Below, one piece after another: positions 7,419 to 17,015 of a DNA stretch of 64,000 nucleotides. Numbering within the stretch: the stretch's first letter is position 1; the number at the start of each line of letters is the position of its first letter. The stretch is taken from IMG/VR virus record IMGVR_UViG_3300020050_007563; one strand, 5' to 3'. The notes below the pieces were generated by a model, which saw only the letters and a list, made by a program, of their open reading frames with translations, did no database searches and was not told the DNA's origin. The stretch comes from an uncultured virus (IMG/VR IMGVR_UViG_3300020050_007563). Its lineage: Duplodnaviria > Heunggongvirae > Uroviricota > Caudoviricetes. The position numbers and the translations under genes were made by a program.

Positions 7419-8223
7419 GTTTCCTTCCCTCAGCCTCACAGAGGCCGCTATCTACCAGTATGGCGAGGTGGCGCTTGCTCAATGGGTGTTGCTCAAGCAC
7501 AGGACGCGTTCCAGTGGAGGGGCCGTGTACCGATCCTTCACCGATCAGCGCCAAGGCAAGTTCGGCTGGGGGCGCTCCAAGTTCTTTGGAGTGATGAGTG
7601 GTCTTGTGGAAAAGGGGTTGGCGACACGCTACCCATGGGGGTGGGCGCTGGCGACGACATCCAAGGTGATCGGCACCCACAAGGGTAAGGAGGTCCGCCA
7701 CAAGTGTACCCTGTTGCTGCCCAAGCGTTGCGACGAACGATACATCCGGGACCTGCTCCGTCTGAAGCTCATGGAGATGGGGCACCGGCAGAATGAACGA
7801 TATGGAACCAAACTACACCCCGAGCAATTACTCGCCCTAGGCAGGATCAACGCCAAGACATGCGGTAAACTCATCCGACAACTACCCCACAAGACAGCGC
7901 AGAGCCCGAACACGGCCCTATTGGGATCCACTCCCGACCAACTGTTGAAATGCGCTCAGAGGGGTTATGTCGCCATGAATACCCGTAGGCTCATGAAGAC
8001 CACTGGACTCGGCAGAACAGCCTTGTTCAGTTGGAAGAAGAGAGCCAGAAGGCGTAAGTGGTTTTATCAGGAGAACCGGAGCTTTGAGGTGCCAGTGGGG
8101 CTGGAGCCAGGGTTGCCAGTGATGCACGAACACTGGCAGGCTACCTGTGGGGGAAAGTTCTCATGGGGAAGTCGCCCCAAATTCCACCAAGCCTCCATGT
8201 ATAAGATGAACCTTGACTACTGA
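7405..8223 (+). CDS. basic winged-HTH DNA-binding protein, possible replication initiator
   Basis: Two HTH-like segments (FGWGRSKFFGVMSGLVEKGLA; TRRLMKTTGLGRTALFSWKK); very basic. Confidence 0.55.
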   Translation: MGRTRFPSLSLTEAAIYQYGEVALAQWVLLKHRTRSSGGAVYRSFTDQRQGKFGWGRSKFFGVMSGLVEKGLATRYPWGWALATTSKVIGTHKGKEVRHKCTLLLPKRCDERYIRDLLRLKLMEMGHRQNERYGTKLHPEQLLALGRINAKTCGKLIRQLPHKTAQSPNTALLGSTPDQLLKCAQRGYVAMNTRRLMKTTGLGRTALFSWKKRARRRKWFYQENRSFEVPVGLEPGLPVMHEHWQATCGGKFSWGSRPKFHQASMYKMNLDY

Positions 8224-8227
8224 GTCC

Positions 8228-9091
8228 ATGAAAGCGAACTTGTATTTGGGCCCCTCAGGGGCACGGGGCGTTGGGCAGCCGAAGGGCAAGCAGAAGCCTG
8301 TGGCGTGGGTTTGTTTCGTGGGGCGCATCGTCGGTATCCATGAGTCATGGGAAGAGTGTGATCGAAGTGTCCATGGGTATCCGGGGGCACGTCACAAGTC
8401 CTACTTGGTGTATGAGGATGCAGTCGTGGCGTGGGAACGCTTCGAGGAAACCGGAGAGATGGATGTGAGGTCTATGAAACAAAGAACGACTCAAGAGCAG
8501 CACGATTTCTGCAACGACATCCCTAGTCCCTCGGAGCTTCAGCTCCTGGTACTCACGGGCAAGCGATGCCCATACTGTGCCGCGCCTACTGTTCTGGTGG
8601 ACTCCTCGGAGGTCTACAATGGGCGTTCTTACGGCCCTATTTGGATTTGTCGGCCCTGTCGTGCGTGGGTAAGTTGTCATAAAGGAACACACAGGGCTCT
8701 CGGTCGTCTCGCAAACGAGGAACTCCGCAGGCTTAAGATCGCCTTCCACAACAAGTTCGATCCCATCTGGAGGAGCGGGAGATCCGGCAGGAATGAACTC
8801 TATTTGTGGCTCGCCAAGCGGATGGGTATCGACAAGGAGGTCTGCCACGGAGGTATGTTCACTCCAGCGCAGTGTCACGAAGCGATCGACGCACTTAATG
8901 AATGGACTGAGGTGAGCGCAAGAACGAACGGATCACATCAAGCAGTGAGTGTGAGGAAAAAGAAAGAAGACCCCCTGCTCGCCCGCGCCAGAACCCTGAT
9001 GTCCCGCTCTGGCAACGGAACGGGAACCCTCTTGACCACCTGTATCACAGCACCCTGCACATTCCCCTTCTGTAAATGTCCTTCTATTTAG
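8228..9091 (+). CDS. RNase H1 N-terminal (viroplasmin-like) domain fused to DUF3268-like zinc finger
   Basis: GRIVGIHESWEECDRSVHGYPGARHKSY; CPYCAAP...WICRPCRAWVSCH...LGRLAN...FDPIW...YLWLA. Confidence 0.8.
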   Translation: MKANLYLGPSGARGVGQPKGKQKPVAWVCFVGRIVGIHESWEECDRSVHGYPGARHKSYLVYEDAVVAWERFEETGEMDVRSMKQRTTQEQHDFCNDIPSPSELQLLVLTGKRCPYCAAPTVLVDSSEVYNGRSYGPIWICRPCRAWVSCHKGTHRALGRLANEELRRLKIAFHNKFDPIWRSGRSGRNELYLWLAKRMGIDKEVCHGGMFTPAQCHEAIDALNEWTEVSARTNGSHQAVSVRKKKEDPLLARARTLMSRSGNGTGTLLTTCITAPCTFPFCKCPSI

Positions 9092-9147
9092 AATGAGTCT
9101 AAATCACTCCGAATAGTAGGAGGAAGAAGAAAACACCATATACTTGC
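9086..9147 (+). promoter_or_regulatory. early promoter module copy 3
   Basis: Perfect 7-5-7 palindrome ATTTAGA-ATGAG-TCTAAAT 9086-9104, purine box from 9113, TATACTTGC 9139-9147. Confidence 0.8.
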
Positions 9148-9242
9148 ACCGACCAAGCAGCGGATCGAGTAAGCGATGAGCCGAAGGCGACAAAAAAAGA
9201 AAAGACATTCTTCCTCCTACAATTCCTCTTACATTAGCACCC

Positions 9243-9449
9243 ATGAAGAAGAAGAATAAAAAAGAGGGCTCCGTGGAGTACCTATCGGCGGAGCAGATCC
9301 GCAAGTACGAAGGCGTCAACCGACACGACATCGCCCGCAGCCTCGGGTGCTCCTACAAGACCGTACTGGACACCCTGGCTGGGAGGTCCGGGATAGGGGG
9401 TCCGATGGCGAGCAGGGTCATCAAAGAAGCAGATCGTCTCACTAAATAA
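9243..9449 (+). CDS. small HTH regulator (Cro-like)
   Basis: NRHDIARSLGCSYKTVLDTLAGR HTH; own -7 box TACATTAGC at 9230. Confidence 0.7.
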   Translation: MKKKNKKEGSVEYLSAEQIRKYEGVNRHDIARSLGCSYKTVLDTLAGRSGIGGPMASRVIKEADRLTK

Positions 9450-9458
9450 CCATCAACG

Positions 9459-10250
9459 ATGAACGCAGAGAAACGTACCATCACGCCATCGGAGGCCAAA
9501 GAACTCCTCAAGGGCAACAATCGCAACCGTCCGATCAAGAAGCACCACGTCAAGCGACTAGCAGAGGATATGTCGGCAGGCAAATGGGCCTTCAACGGTA
9601 TCCCTATCGTCTTCAATGGCAGGCTCCTGATCGACGGCCAGCATCGCCTCATGGCGTGCGTGGCTTCCGGGAGGCCCTTCGACACCCTCGTAGTAAACGG
9701 AGTGGACGCGGACGCCTTCGTCACCATCGACACGGGGGTTAAGCGCAGCGGAGCTGACACGCTCGCCACGAAGGGGGAGAAGAACGCCACCATCCTATCG
9801 GCGGCATTGGTCCTCGTGGACCTCTACTACTCCAGCGAGATCGGCATCCGCATGACCACCCAGAAGGGGACCAATCGCACCGTGGCGGAGGCTCTCAAGA
9901 AGTACGTAGCCATCCGACCATGTGTGGATCACTGCGTCTCGATGTCCACCAAGATCCTCCCGGTGAGCATCATGAGTGCCTGCCACTACATCTTCAGTCG
10001 CATAGACTCCGTGAAGGCCGACGACTTCATCGACCGCCTCGCAACCGGCAACAACGTCAAGGCCGACAGCGCCATGAGCAGCCTTCGGGATCGGCTCATC
10101 GACAATTACACGAGCGTGCGCAAGCACAGCCGTGGATACATCATGAGCCTCGTCATCCAAGCATGGAACTACGAGCGTAGCGGTCGCAAGGTCACACGCC
10201 TACGCGGCTTCACCGGGGAGTCCAACGAGAAATTCCCAACCGCTATCTGA
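9459..10250 (+). CDS. ParB-like / DGQHR-domain protein
   Basis: NRNRPI...LAEDMSAGKW...LIDGQHRL. Confidence 0.75.
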   Translation: MNAEKRTITPSEAKELLKGNNRNRPIKKHHVKRLAEDMSAGKWAFNGIPIVFNGRLLIDGQHRLMACVASGRPFDTLVVNGVDADAFVTIDTGVKRSGADTLATKGEKNATILSAALVLVDLYYSSEIGIRMTTQKGTNRTVAEALKKYVAIRPCVDHCVSMSTKILPVSIMSACHYIFSRIDSVKADDFIDRLATGNNVKADSAMSSLRDRLIDNYTSVRKHSRGYIMSLVIQAWNYERSGRKVTRLRGFTGESNEKFPTAI

Positions 10251-10251
10251 C

Positions 10252-10476
10252 ATGATCACCAAGAAGACATGGAAGAACCTGATGCCACTGATGTCGTCGG
10301 TTCTTGACAGGCTACAAGGGGAGTACGGCCAGGACGACGACATGGTGACGGAGGTGAGGGAGATGTACGAGCACCTTCAGGCTGGCCCATCCAGTAACAA
10401 GAAAAAGAGCGCCATCTCAAAGGCTCTTGTTGCCAAGCGTTCCCGCGACAAAAACGGACACTTCGTAAAAACATGA
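10252..10476 (+). CDS. hypothetical protein
   Basis: Collinear; ends with an RDKNGHFVK motif. Confidence 0.55.
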   Translation: MITKKTWKNLMPLMSSVLDRLQGEYGQDDDMVTEVREMYEHLQAGPSSNKKKSAISKALVAKRSRDKNGHFVKT

Positions 10477-10758
10477 AACACATCAAGGACTTCCTCGACG
10501 GCTCTTGTGATGAGCGCCTATGGGCGGCTCTGGCGGCGCCTGCGGTGGTGGCCTTGATCATACTCCTGATACTCAAATGAGCAAGATGAAAGAACTCTAC
10601 ATCTCCCTCTGTAACGGAGATGTCCTAACGGATGTGGAGCGCGACTACCTCAGTACCCTCTCTCCGCAGGAGTACGCCGAGGCCGTGGGTCGTGACGTGA
10701 CCCATGAGGAGTATCTGGAGGAACTCTACCTGAAGAACAAACCAACAACCCAAGAAAA

Positions 10759-11502
10759 ATGTCAGGACTAGGATCATTCAACACAGGAGGAAACTCGACC
10801 TATCTGCGCATCGGGATGGGCCTCGATGAGAAGGAGCGTCCTCGCGCGATCATCGCCAAGCGGGCCAAGCAAGGAGACCCTGGGGCGGTCGCCGTCACCA
10901 AGAAGGGCGGAGAGCCAGCGCTGGACAAGGAACAGAATCAGGTCTACCGCACCGAACACGCCTTTGTGGAAGGAATGGTGATCCGCATGAAACGAGAGCA
11001 GCCGGAGTACAATGGGAAGAAGATGGATGTGCTGAACATCACTTTCGATGCCGGACACGGACAGCTCTTCACACTCCAGCTCGACAAGGGCGATGCCTAC
11101 TGGGGGGACTTCGCATTACGCCTACCGAGCATCGACTTCACCAAGCCCCTGAAACTCCAACCCTTCAGCATCCCGCGCGAGGACAACCCCGACAAGCGTA
11201 ACCGCTACCTCGTAGCCTACCAAGGAGGCTCCAAGGTCGAGAAGTTCTGGAACAAGGACAGCGACCCCGAGACAGCCCCTCCGCAGCCCTATCTCGATGA
11301 GGATGAAGGCAAGTGGATGTGGGGGAAGCGCAACAACTGGATCGACCAGAACCCCATCCAGAATGCTATCGACAAGGTGGAGTTTCTCAACAACAAGCCC
11401 TCTGAGTTCACGGCCCTGGACGCCGCAGCAGCTACCGCGCAAGGTCGCGCCTTCGAGGACAATGAGCTACCTCTGGACGAACTGGATGGTCTTCCCTTCT
11501 GA
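10759..11502 (+). CDS. probable single-stranded DNA-binding protein
   Basis: Acidic tail ending ELPLDELDGLPF; located in the replication module. Confidence 0.6.
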   Translation: MSGLGSFNTGGNSTYLRIGMGLDEKERPRAIIAKRAKQGDPGAVAVTKKGGEPALDKEQNQVYRTEHAFVEGMVIRMKREQPEYNGKKMDVLNITFDAGHGQLFTLQLDKGDAYWGDFALRLPSIDFTKPLKLQPFSIPREDNPDKRNRYLVAYQGGSKVEKFWNKDSDPETAPPQPYLDEDEGKWMWGKRNNWIDQNPIQNAIDKVEFLNNKPSEFTALDAAAATAQGRAFEDNELPLDELDGLPF

Positions 11503-11876
11503 TGGAAGCCTTCTACCGCTCCGTCTGCCTGACCGTCGAAGAGCGCGGCGTCGTCCGCCTCTCCGGCGGGAAGGAACTAGCCCACTGGCATGTCCGCTTT
11601 CAGGATGGGAATACCGGGATTGTCTGGGGTCCTGTTGTGGACGATCAGCAACGACCGATGCCGTGTCCGTTCACTGAGGGGAAGCCTGCTTACTACACGA
11701 TGGTTGTCCAGCAGGGGAAGGAGAATAAGATCCGGCCTTTCGATCGGACGGAGTACGACAGGCAGATGCTCATCACAAGGTCGGCTTGCGTGAACTCAGC
11801 AGCAGCCCTTGGGGCGGACCTGGAGAACTGGAAAGACTACGCAGAGAGCATTCTGGCGTGGGTGACGGAGAGGTGA
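11502..11876 (+). CDS. hypothetical protein (OB-fold-like)
   Basis: Coupled to the SSB gene; RQMLITRSACVNSA motif. Confidence 0.6.
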   Translation: MEAFYRSVCLTVEERGVVRLSGGKELAHWHVRFQDGNTGIVWGPVVDDQQRPMPCPFTEGKPAYYTMVVQQGKENKIRPFDRTEYDRQMLITRSACVNSAAALGADLENWKDYAESILAWVTER

Positions 11877-11988
11877 GTTTCTTTTTTCGCAGTCCCGCAT
11901 CACTCGCGTGATGCTCCTTTCGGGCTGGGCGTGCGCTAAGTGTCTACGGGAATCGGAAGAGATCGGAATGGCTTAACACGAGCAACAA

Positions 11989-12288
11989 ATGAAAAAGGCT
12001 CTCAAGTTGGAAGGATATACCGGGGATGTCACGAATCTTCCTTGGGGAAGGTTCCAGATATTCTATCAGTACATGTGTCCAGCTGCAAGTAAGGCGGCTA
12101 CACTAATCACTCACGACGGCCCCCACGAACCCATGTACACCGCATCTGAGGTGAGGGCGATCCTAGATGAACTCCGCGATGCTGCCGGGCACGATGCTAT
12201 TGATAGCGCGATGATAGAGGCGGGCATACCGTCCACGCCCGACGCTGACGTAATGGGCCTAGATGTCCCTAAAGCCGACCACGCATGA
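11989..12288 (+). CDS. hypothetical protein
   Basis: A-rich leader plus ATG. Confidence 0.55.
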   Translation: MKKALKLEGYTGDVTNLPWGRFQIFYQYMCPAASKAATLITHDGPHEPMYTASEVRAILDELRDAAGHDAIDSAMIEAGIPSTPDADVMGLDVPKADHA

Positions 12289-12500
12289 TCAAGGAAGTAA
12301 CCATGTACACGGTCATCTGTGACCGGTGCGGGAAGGATGTCTACTCGGATTGCGACACATTCTCATGCACGGGAAGCGCCAAGGATGCGGTCGATATCGC
12401 CCTTGATGAGTTCGACTGGTATGAGATCAAAGAAGACCACTACTGCCCCGACTGTGTGACTTGGAACGCCGACGCATCCGAACTGATACCGAAGTCATGA
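12285..12500 (+). CDS. small zinc-finger protein
   Basis: CDRC...HYCPDC. Confidence 0.7.
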   Translation: MIKEVTMYTVICDRCGKDVYSDCDTFSCTGSAKDAVDIALDEFDWYEIKEDHYCPDCVTWNADASELIPKS

Positions 12501-12910
12501 ACCTCACAAAGCACCTACAAGAAACCCTGGAGGGGATACGGGAAGGAATGGATGGCTTCTACGCCCCTTCCGACTACCTCCGCCTCCGCCAGATGCAGGA
12601 GGAGATCGAAGAGGCCCTCCTGACCCTCAAGCCCTACGTGATGACCGAAGTGGAGAAGTACGGCAAGAAGGGCTTCCGGAAGGATGGCCTCGTCATCACC
12701 ACCAAAGCAGCAGCCGGAAAGTGGACCTACCCATCGGAGGAGCACGCCAAAGCCAAAGCGGAGGTCTCCCGGATCGAGGAGCGGATGAAGATGTCCTACA
12801 AGGCCCAGCAAGATGGTGGGAACTTGATGGAGTTCGATGGGGTTGTCGTGCAGCCTGCCCAGTACGTCTCCGGAGCCACTACCTTGAACGTCTCAAAAGA
12901 GAAGCCATGA
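12497..12910 (+). CDS. phage hypothetical protein (coiled-coil, recombination module)
   Basis: ATGA coupled; helical. Confidence 0.6.
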   Translation: MNLTKHLQETLEGIREGMDGFYAPSDYLRLRQMQEEIEEALLTLKPYVMTEVEKYGKKGFRKDGLVITTKAAAGKWTYPSEEHAKAKAEVSRIEERMKMSYKAQQDGGNLMEFDGVVVQPAQYVSGATTLNVSKEKP

Positions 12911-13353
12911 CCACCCAAGAACGCGATCAACTCCTATCGGACATCGACGCCATTGTGGACACCTACGGGAGTGGGGAGCACCCTCTTCCGACCTTGATCG
13001 AACTGCGGAGGAATCTAGCAGTCCTTGGGTACCGCCTCAGTACCCACATCAAGCAAGTTTACGGGGATGCCGGGATGGCTTATGCTGTTCGCAAGTTCAC
13101 CATCGCCCGCGAGATCCTGAAGGCCAGGAAGATAGACGCCAGTAAGCCCCCTCCGATGAACGTTCTCGAAGTGACCGTCATGGAGGTGGACGAGGTGAAG
13201 GCTGCCCAGAAGAACGAGATCGACAAGGATGCCTCCAAAGAGGACTTGCGCGGGAGGCTCGACTTCATCAAACAAGTACTTGCGGCGATCCAGCAGGAGA
13301 TATCGGTGCTGTCCCACGAGCAGAAGCACGCACAATACCAGAACACACACTGA
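12907..13353 (+). CDS. helical phage protein
   Basis: ATGA coupled; coiled-coil C-terminus. Confidence 0.6.
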   Translation: MTTQERDQLLSDIDAIVDTYGSGEHPLPTLIELRRNLAVLGYRLSTHIKQVYGDAGMAYAVRKFTIAREILKARKIDASKPPPMNVLEVTVMEVDEVKAAQKNEIDKDASKEDLRGRLDFIKQVLAAIQQEISVLSHEQKHAQYQNTH

Positions 13354-13544
13354 TCGCTGGCCGGACGAGGCCGACGAAGGAGGCTGAGACATAGCAAAGA
13401 ACAAGAACCCATGCTTACACAACACACCGTCATCCCCAAGGGCTATGACCCTAACAAGTTCCTAGTATGGGTGCGCTATCTTCGCCTATACCGCAAGACC
13501 TACGTATCCTCCAAGGCCAAGACCACTAAACCCCTGATAGTGAC

Positions 13545-13913
13545 ATGAGCCTCCGCATCCTCCGATCGTACCGAGACTCCATCATTGACACACTCGCTCA
13601 CGGAGTGGTGGAGATAGCGGACTCCTCGGGAATCGTCCACACCTACCCCATGGAGGACCACAAGAGAGGAGCCCTCACTGGTGAACTCTACCGCATCTCC
13701 TCCTACATCGCCGAACACGCAGCGGACGAGGAGGTCCGCGAGAGGACCGTCACTCGGAAGCTCCAAGGGGGCAAGTACAGTGTGGATCACGCAGCCCGCC
13801 TGAAGAAGATCCCTGCCGCCATCATCCACTCGTGGATCAGGCAGGGGTTGGTGGCTGAGAAAGGCGGGTTGGTCAGCATGAGTAGTCTCGAATCCCACAT
13901 GGGCACACGATGA
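13545..13913 (+). CDS. protein with C-terminal excisionase-like HTH
   Basis: YSVDHAARLKKIPAAIIHSWIRQGLV. Confidence 0.6.
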   Translation: MSLRILRSYRDSIIDTLAHGVVEIADSSGIVHTYPMEDHKRGALTGELYRISSYIAEHAADEEVRERTVTRKLQGGKYSVDHAARLKKIPAAIIHSWIRQGLVAEKGGLVSMSSLESHMGTR

Positions 13914-14212
13914 GGAACTTAATAGCGCGATTGAAGTTGGGGGATTTGGCCTTCAACTACAAATACGACCCTGCGCTGGAGGGGCTACTGAGCGCTGGCG
14001 TCGATAGTGGTCTAGTTAAGCTGAAGGTCACAGAGTTCTACATCGAGGGAGTGTTCTCGAATGGGAACAAGTTCTGCATGACGAACTCCAATAAGCACTA
14101 TGCGTGGCTCAAAAATGGCGAAATAGGAGAGTATAGGTGGGCGGGTGCCCGCCCTTCCGCCCACACCATGCTCAGGTTCCGAGATGCGACTGTCAAGTTC
14201 CTATTGCGATGA
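13910..14212 (+). CDS. hypothetical protein
   Basis: ATGA coupling on both sides. Confidence 0.55.
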   Translation: MRNLIARLKLGDLAFNYKYDPALEGLLSAGVDSGLVKLKVTEFYIEGVFSNGNKFCMTNSNKHYAWLKNGEIGEYRWAGARPSAHTMLRFRDATVKFLLR

Positions 14213-14706
14213 AACGCGCTCAGAAGTTCCTCCGCGAGCACCCGGAGTTCGTCGTCTCTGAGGGGATGATGCGGGTGGAGGATGTGCTGCTTCTGATGGA
14301 AGCCTACCGCACCAAGCCCAAAGAGAAGAAGTACGACGACGAGACCGTTCACGCGCTACTGGCGTACCTGCGGGATGCGACGGGGCTTGACAAGCTGGAT
14401 GGCCACTTCGCCACCAACTACAAAGCCTGTCAGAACCTCATAGAGAGGTGTAGGGCGAAGAGTCTCGATCCCTACGACAACATCACCTCCCTCATCCAGA
14501 CAGCTCTAGCGGACAAATTCTATGGCCCACGAACGACCTCCTTCCGATTCATCGAGAACAACGCCGGAGCCATCTTCAAGACCCGGCAGCAGCGCTCTCT
14601 CGATCCCAGAACCCAAGCCCCAGAGGAGCGAGCAGCTCGCGCCGCAGCAGACCTCCAGCGCCGTTTCGCTGAACGTCGTTCCGAGCCTGCCGGTAGCGAG
14701 AGGTGA
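14209..14706 (+). CDS. putative replication protein (initiator C-terminal-like)
   Basis: LIQTALADKFYGPRTTSFRFIENN resembles lambdoid replication protein C-termini; next to a loader-like gene. Confidence 0.45.
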   Translation: MKRAQKFLREHPEFVVSEGMMRVEDVLLLMEAYRTKPKEKKYDDETVHALLAYLRDATGLDKLDGHFATNYKACQNLIERCRAKSLDPYDNITSLIQTALADKFYGPRTTSFRFIENNAGAIFKTRQQRSLDPRTQAPEERAARAAADLQRRFAERRSEPAGSER

Positions 14707-15352
14707 TGCGCTCGCCTGTCGGAAGCCTGAGCAAGCGCTGTCAGCACCGACACTCACCCAGCTTGTACGGGCGAACTCCGAGGATCAAGTGGCCCTGGAG
14801 ATGGTGTTGGTGCTCCAGCGAGGCATGGAGATGTTCAGCCAAAACCGGAGGATGGATGACGTGGCCTTGAACGCCTTCGCTCTTCAGCTCCTGGATGACT
14901 ATCCGCACGAGAGCCTCGCGGACCTCAACGTCTTCATTCGCCGGGCGGCAATAGGGACCTACGACCAAGGGGAGTTCTACGCCAATGTGGATGGGGCTCG
15001 CCTCGGGGGGTGGTGGAGGAGGTACCTGGAAGAGAAGGCAGAAGCCCGCGAGCGAGCAGCCCGCAGGGAGCGCGATGAGGCCAAGAGGAAGTCCGACGAA
15101 GCACTCGCGGAGATGCCGGGACTAGGGGAGGCCGTCCAGCGGAGCGCAGTGGCCTACCGCGAGGAAAAGAAGGAGCAGAACATGCTTTCTCGGGTCACAC
15201 GCATGATGAAGCACGCCCCCAGGATGACAGACGACCAGCTCCGAGAGGCGTGGAAGCTGAACCCGGAAGCCCCTGTCCGGAAAGTCCTGAAGGCGGAGGC
15301 GATGTTTCGAGGTCTGCCGCAGAAGAAACTCGACCAAACACAGAACCCATGA
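14522..15352 (+). CDS. putative helicase loader-like protein (start uncertain)
   Basis: LLDDYPHESLADLNVFIRRAAIGTY..GEFYANVDG...WWRRY pattern recalled from Bacteroidota phages. Confidence 0.55.
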   Translation: MAHERPPSDSSRTTPEPSSRPGSSALSIPEPKPQRSEQLAPQQTSSAVSLNVVPSLPVARGDALACRKPEQALSAPTLTQLVRANSEDQVALEMVLVLQRGMEMFSQNRRMDDVALNAFALQLLDDYPHESLADLNVFIRRAAIGTYDQGEFYANVDGARLGGWWRRYLEEKAEARERAARRERDEAKRKSDEALAEMPGLGEAVQRSAVAYREEKKEQNMLSRVTRMMKHAPRMTDDQLREAWKLNPEAPVRKVLKAEAMFRGLPQKKLDQTQNP

Positions 15353-15687
15353 GCTTCAACATACTCGACCATTGGGATGGATCTCGTGAGATACTCGGGA
15401 AGCGCAAGACCTACCACCAGACGATCCTCGTGAGTGATCTCTCGGAACGAGAAGCCAAGTGCTCCGAGCAGGACCGGAAAGTCCTGAAGTGTCTGCGAGA
15501 GGTCGGAACAGCGGGGCCGTCCGAACTCTCTAAGAGGCTATCGGGATCCATCCTGAAGTCCAGCATCCGTCGCAGCCTCAACACCCTCGCGAACAGAGGA
15601 CTTATCGTGAGGTCCGGCAGGACGACAGGCGAGCATGGACACCCCGAATACACCTACCATGGCGCTGCCACGACCCATGCCTATTAA
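15349..15687 (+). CDS. winged-HTH protein
   Basis: GPSELSKRL...SSIRRSLNTLANRGLI. Confidence 0.7.
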   Translation: MSFNILDHWDGSREILGKRKTYHQTILVSDLSEREAKCSEQDRKVLKCLREVGTAGPSELSKRLSGSILKSSIRRSLNTLANRGLIVRSGRTTGEHGHPEYTYHGAATTHAY

Positions 15688-15870
15688 GAGGCCAAAGCCC
15701 GTCGATACAGAGAAGCCCGACCCGAACTGCAAGTGGTGTGCTGGACGCGGTTCTTATCCTCCCTCAGAACAGAATGGTCTCGTGGTGACGATCCGGATGG
15801 GCAAGAGTGTCGGCCCCCCTCGTCCGTGTAAATTCTGTCACACTAATAAAGATAATGCTACATTAGCGCC

Positions 15871-16014
15871 ATGAAGAAGAAGTACCTGTTGGAGTTTCAT
15901 ACTGAATCCGAGCATACCACCATCAAGCGGAGAGCCGCGTCTGCCGGGGTCTCCATGAGGAAGTACATCCTCGACATGAGCCTGTACGGGAAGATCCAGA
16001 AGAAAACCAAGTAG
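15871..16014 (+). CDS. small ribbon-helix-helix protein (47 aa, not in the ORF track)
   Basis: Leaderless after TACATTAG; EHTTIKRRAASAGVSMRKYILD. Confidence 0.6.
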   Translation: MKKKYLLEFHTESEHTTIKRRAASAGVSMRKYILDMSLYGKIQKKTK

Positions 16015-16016
16015 CC

Positions 16017-16278
16017 ATGGAGCCTATTGAAAAACTCTCCGAGGGAACCTTTGTCGGCTACTACGGCAAGGAGAACAAGTGGAAGGTCTATCGTGTGAGC
16101 GATGGGGACTCTCGTGGCCTACACCAGCAAGCGAGATGCTGACGACAACGCTCTGGATAAGGATCACGAGAGAGTGGTGACGAACGCCAGAGACATGGTG
16201 GAGCTGTCGATGTATCTGGACAAGAGGCGCAAGAAGCGCAGTAAGCACAAGAAACCTGTTCAACTCCGGATCGAGTGA
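16017..16278 (+). pseudogene. small ORF frameshifted at a GGGG run (probable assembly indel)
   Basis: Removing one G near 16105 joins MEPIEKL...VSDG to TLVAYTSK...QLRIE*. Confidence 0.5.
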
Positions 16279-16304
16279 CCCCCACACCTTGAATCCAAAG
16301 CAGC

Positions 16305-16520
16305 ATGAAAACCAAACCACACGCCGTACTATCCGAATGGATGTTTGATGACAGCGTTCCGTTCCCGCGCCTCAAAGGGATCGTCCGTAACCACGCGGCC
16401 CGACCCGACCTGCCAGACGGCACGAGCATTTACACCAGCCGCCTGCTACGGATCGACTTTGAGGCCAACACCGCCGAAACGCTGAACACCATCTACCACC
16501 TCTTGAATCGAGCAGCATGA
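16305..16520 (+). CDS. phage hypothetical protein
   Basis: G.V.NH...DGTSIYTS....ETLNTIY family pattern. Confidence 0.65.
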   Translation: MKTKPHAVLSEWMFDDSVPFPRLKGIVRNHAARPDLPDGTSIYTSRLLRIDFEANTAETLNTIYHLLNRAA

Positions 16521-16987
16521 AACCCGAAACGATGAGCAGCACACCCACAGCAGAGAATAGGGCCGAGAAGCGGTATCCGCAGCCAAAGAATCGTGCGAGC
16601 GAGAACCTTGCAACGCTTGTTGATCGGATAGCAAGGCAGAAGGGCTACGCCACCTGCATCCGCGAGGAAGTAGAGCCACTGGAAGAGGAGATCAAACTCA
16701 TTGAAACCATTGGCAGACTTTCATTCAAGCCCGGACGTAGGCTGTACGAACTGGTTGCTGAACTTGCTGCATCGAGAGGCGATGCACTTGCAAGGATTGA
16801 CGAAGCGGAGGCTGAAAATGTAAAGCTCCGGGCATTGGCGCAGACCCTTGTCGATGCGCTTGGAACATGCGAAACGTTCGGGGGTAAGACATGGTCCGAG
16901 GCCACCTATGATGAGGTGGCCGTTTCCAATGGTCTATCCGCTGCCGCCTCCCAAGGCTTCACACCCACCAACACGACCGAAGGATGA
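16517..16987 (+). CDS. hypothetical coiled-coil protein
   Basis: ATGA coupling. Confidence 0.55.
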   Translation: MKPETMSSTPTAENRAEKRYPQPKNRASENLATLVDRIARQKGYATCIREEVEPLEEEIKLIETIGRLSFKPGRRLYELVAELAASRGDALARIDEAEAENVKLRALAQTLVDALGTCETFGGKTWSEATYDEVAVSNGLSAAASQGFTPTNTTEG

Positions 16988-17015
16988 GCACACTACCCCG
17001 GTTCTCCCCAAAGCG

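Noticed and set aside
9164..9195. Hammerhead ribozyme (GCGATGAG-CC-GAA-GG-CGACA)
   Set aside because: The core departs from the required CTGAnGA and GAAA, and stems I and III were not found.
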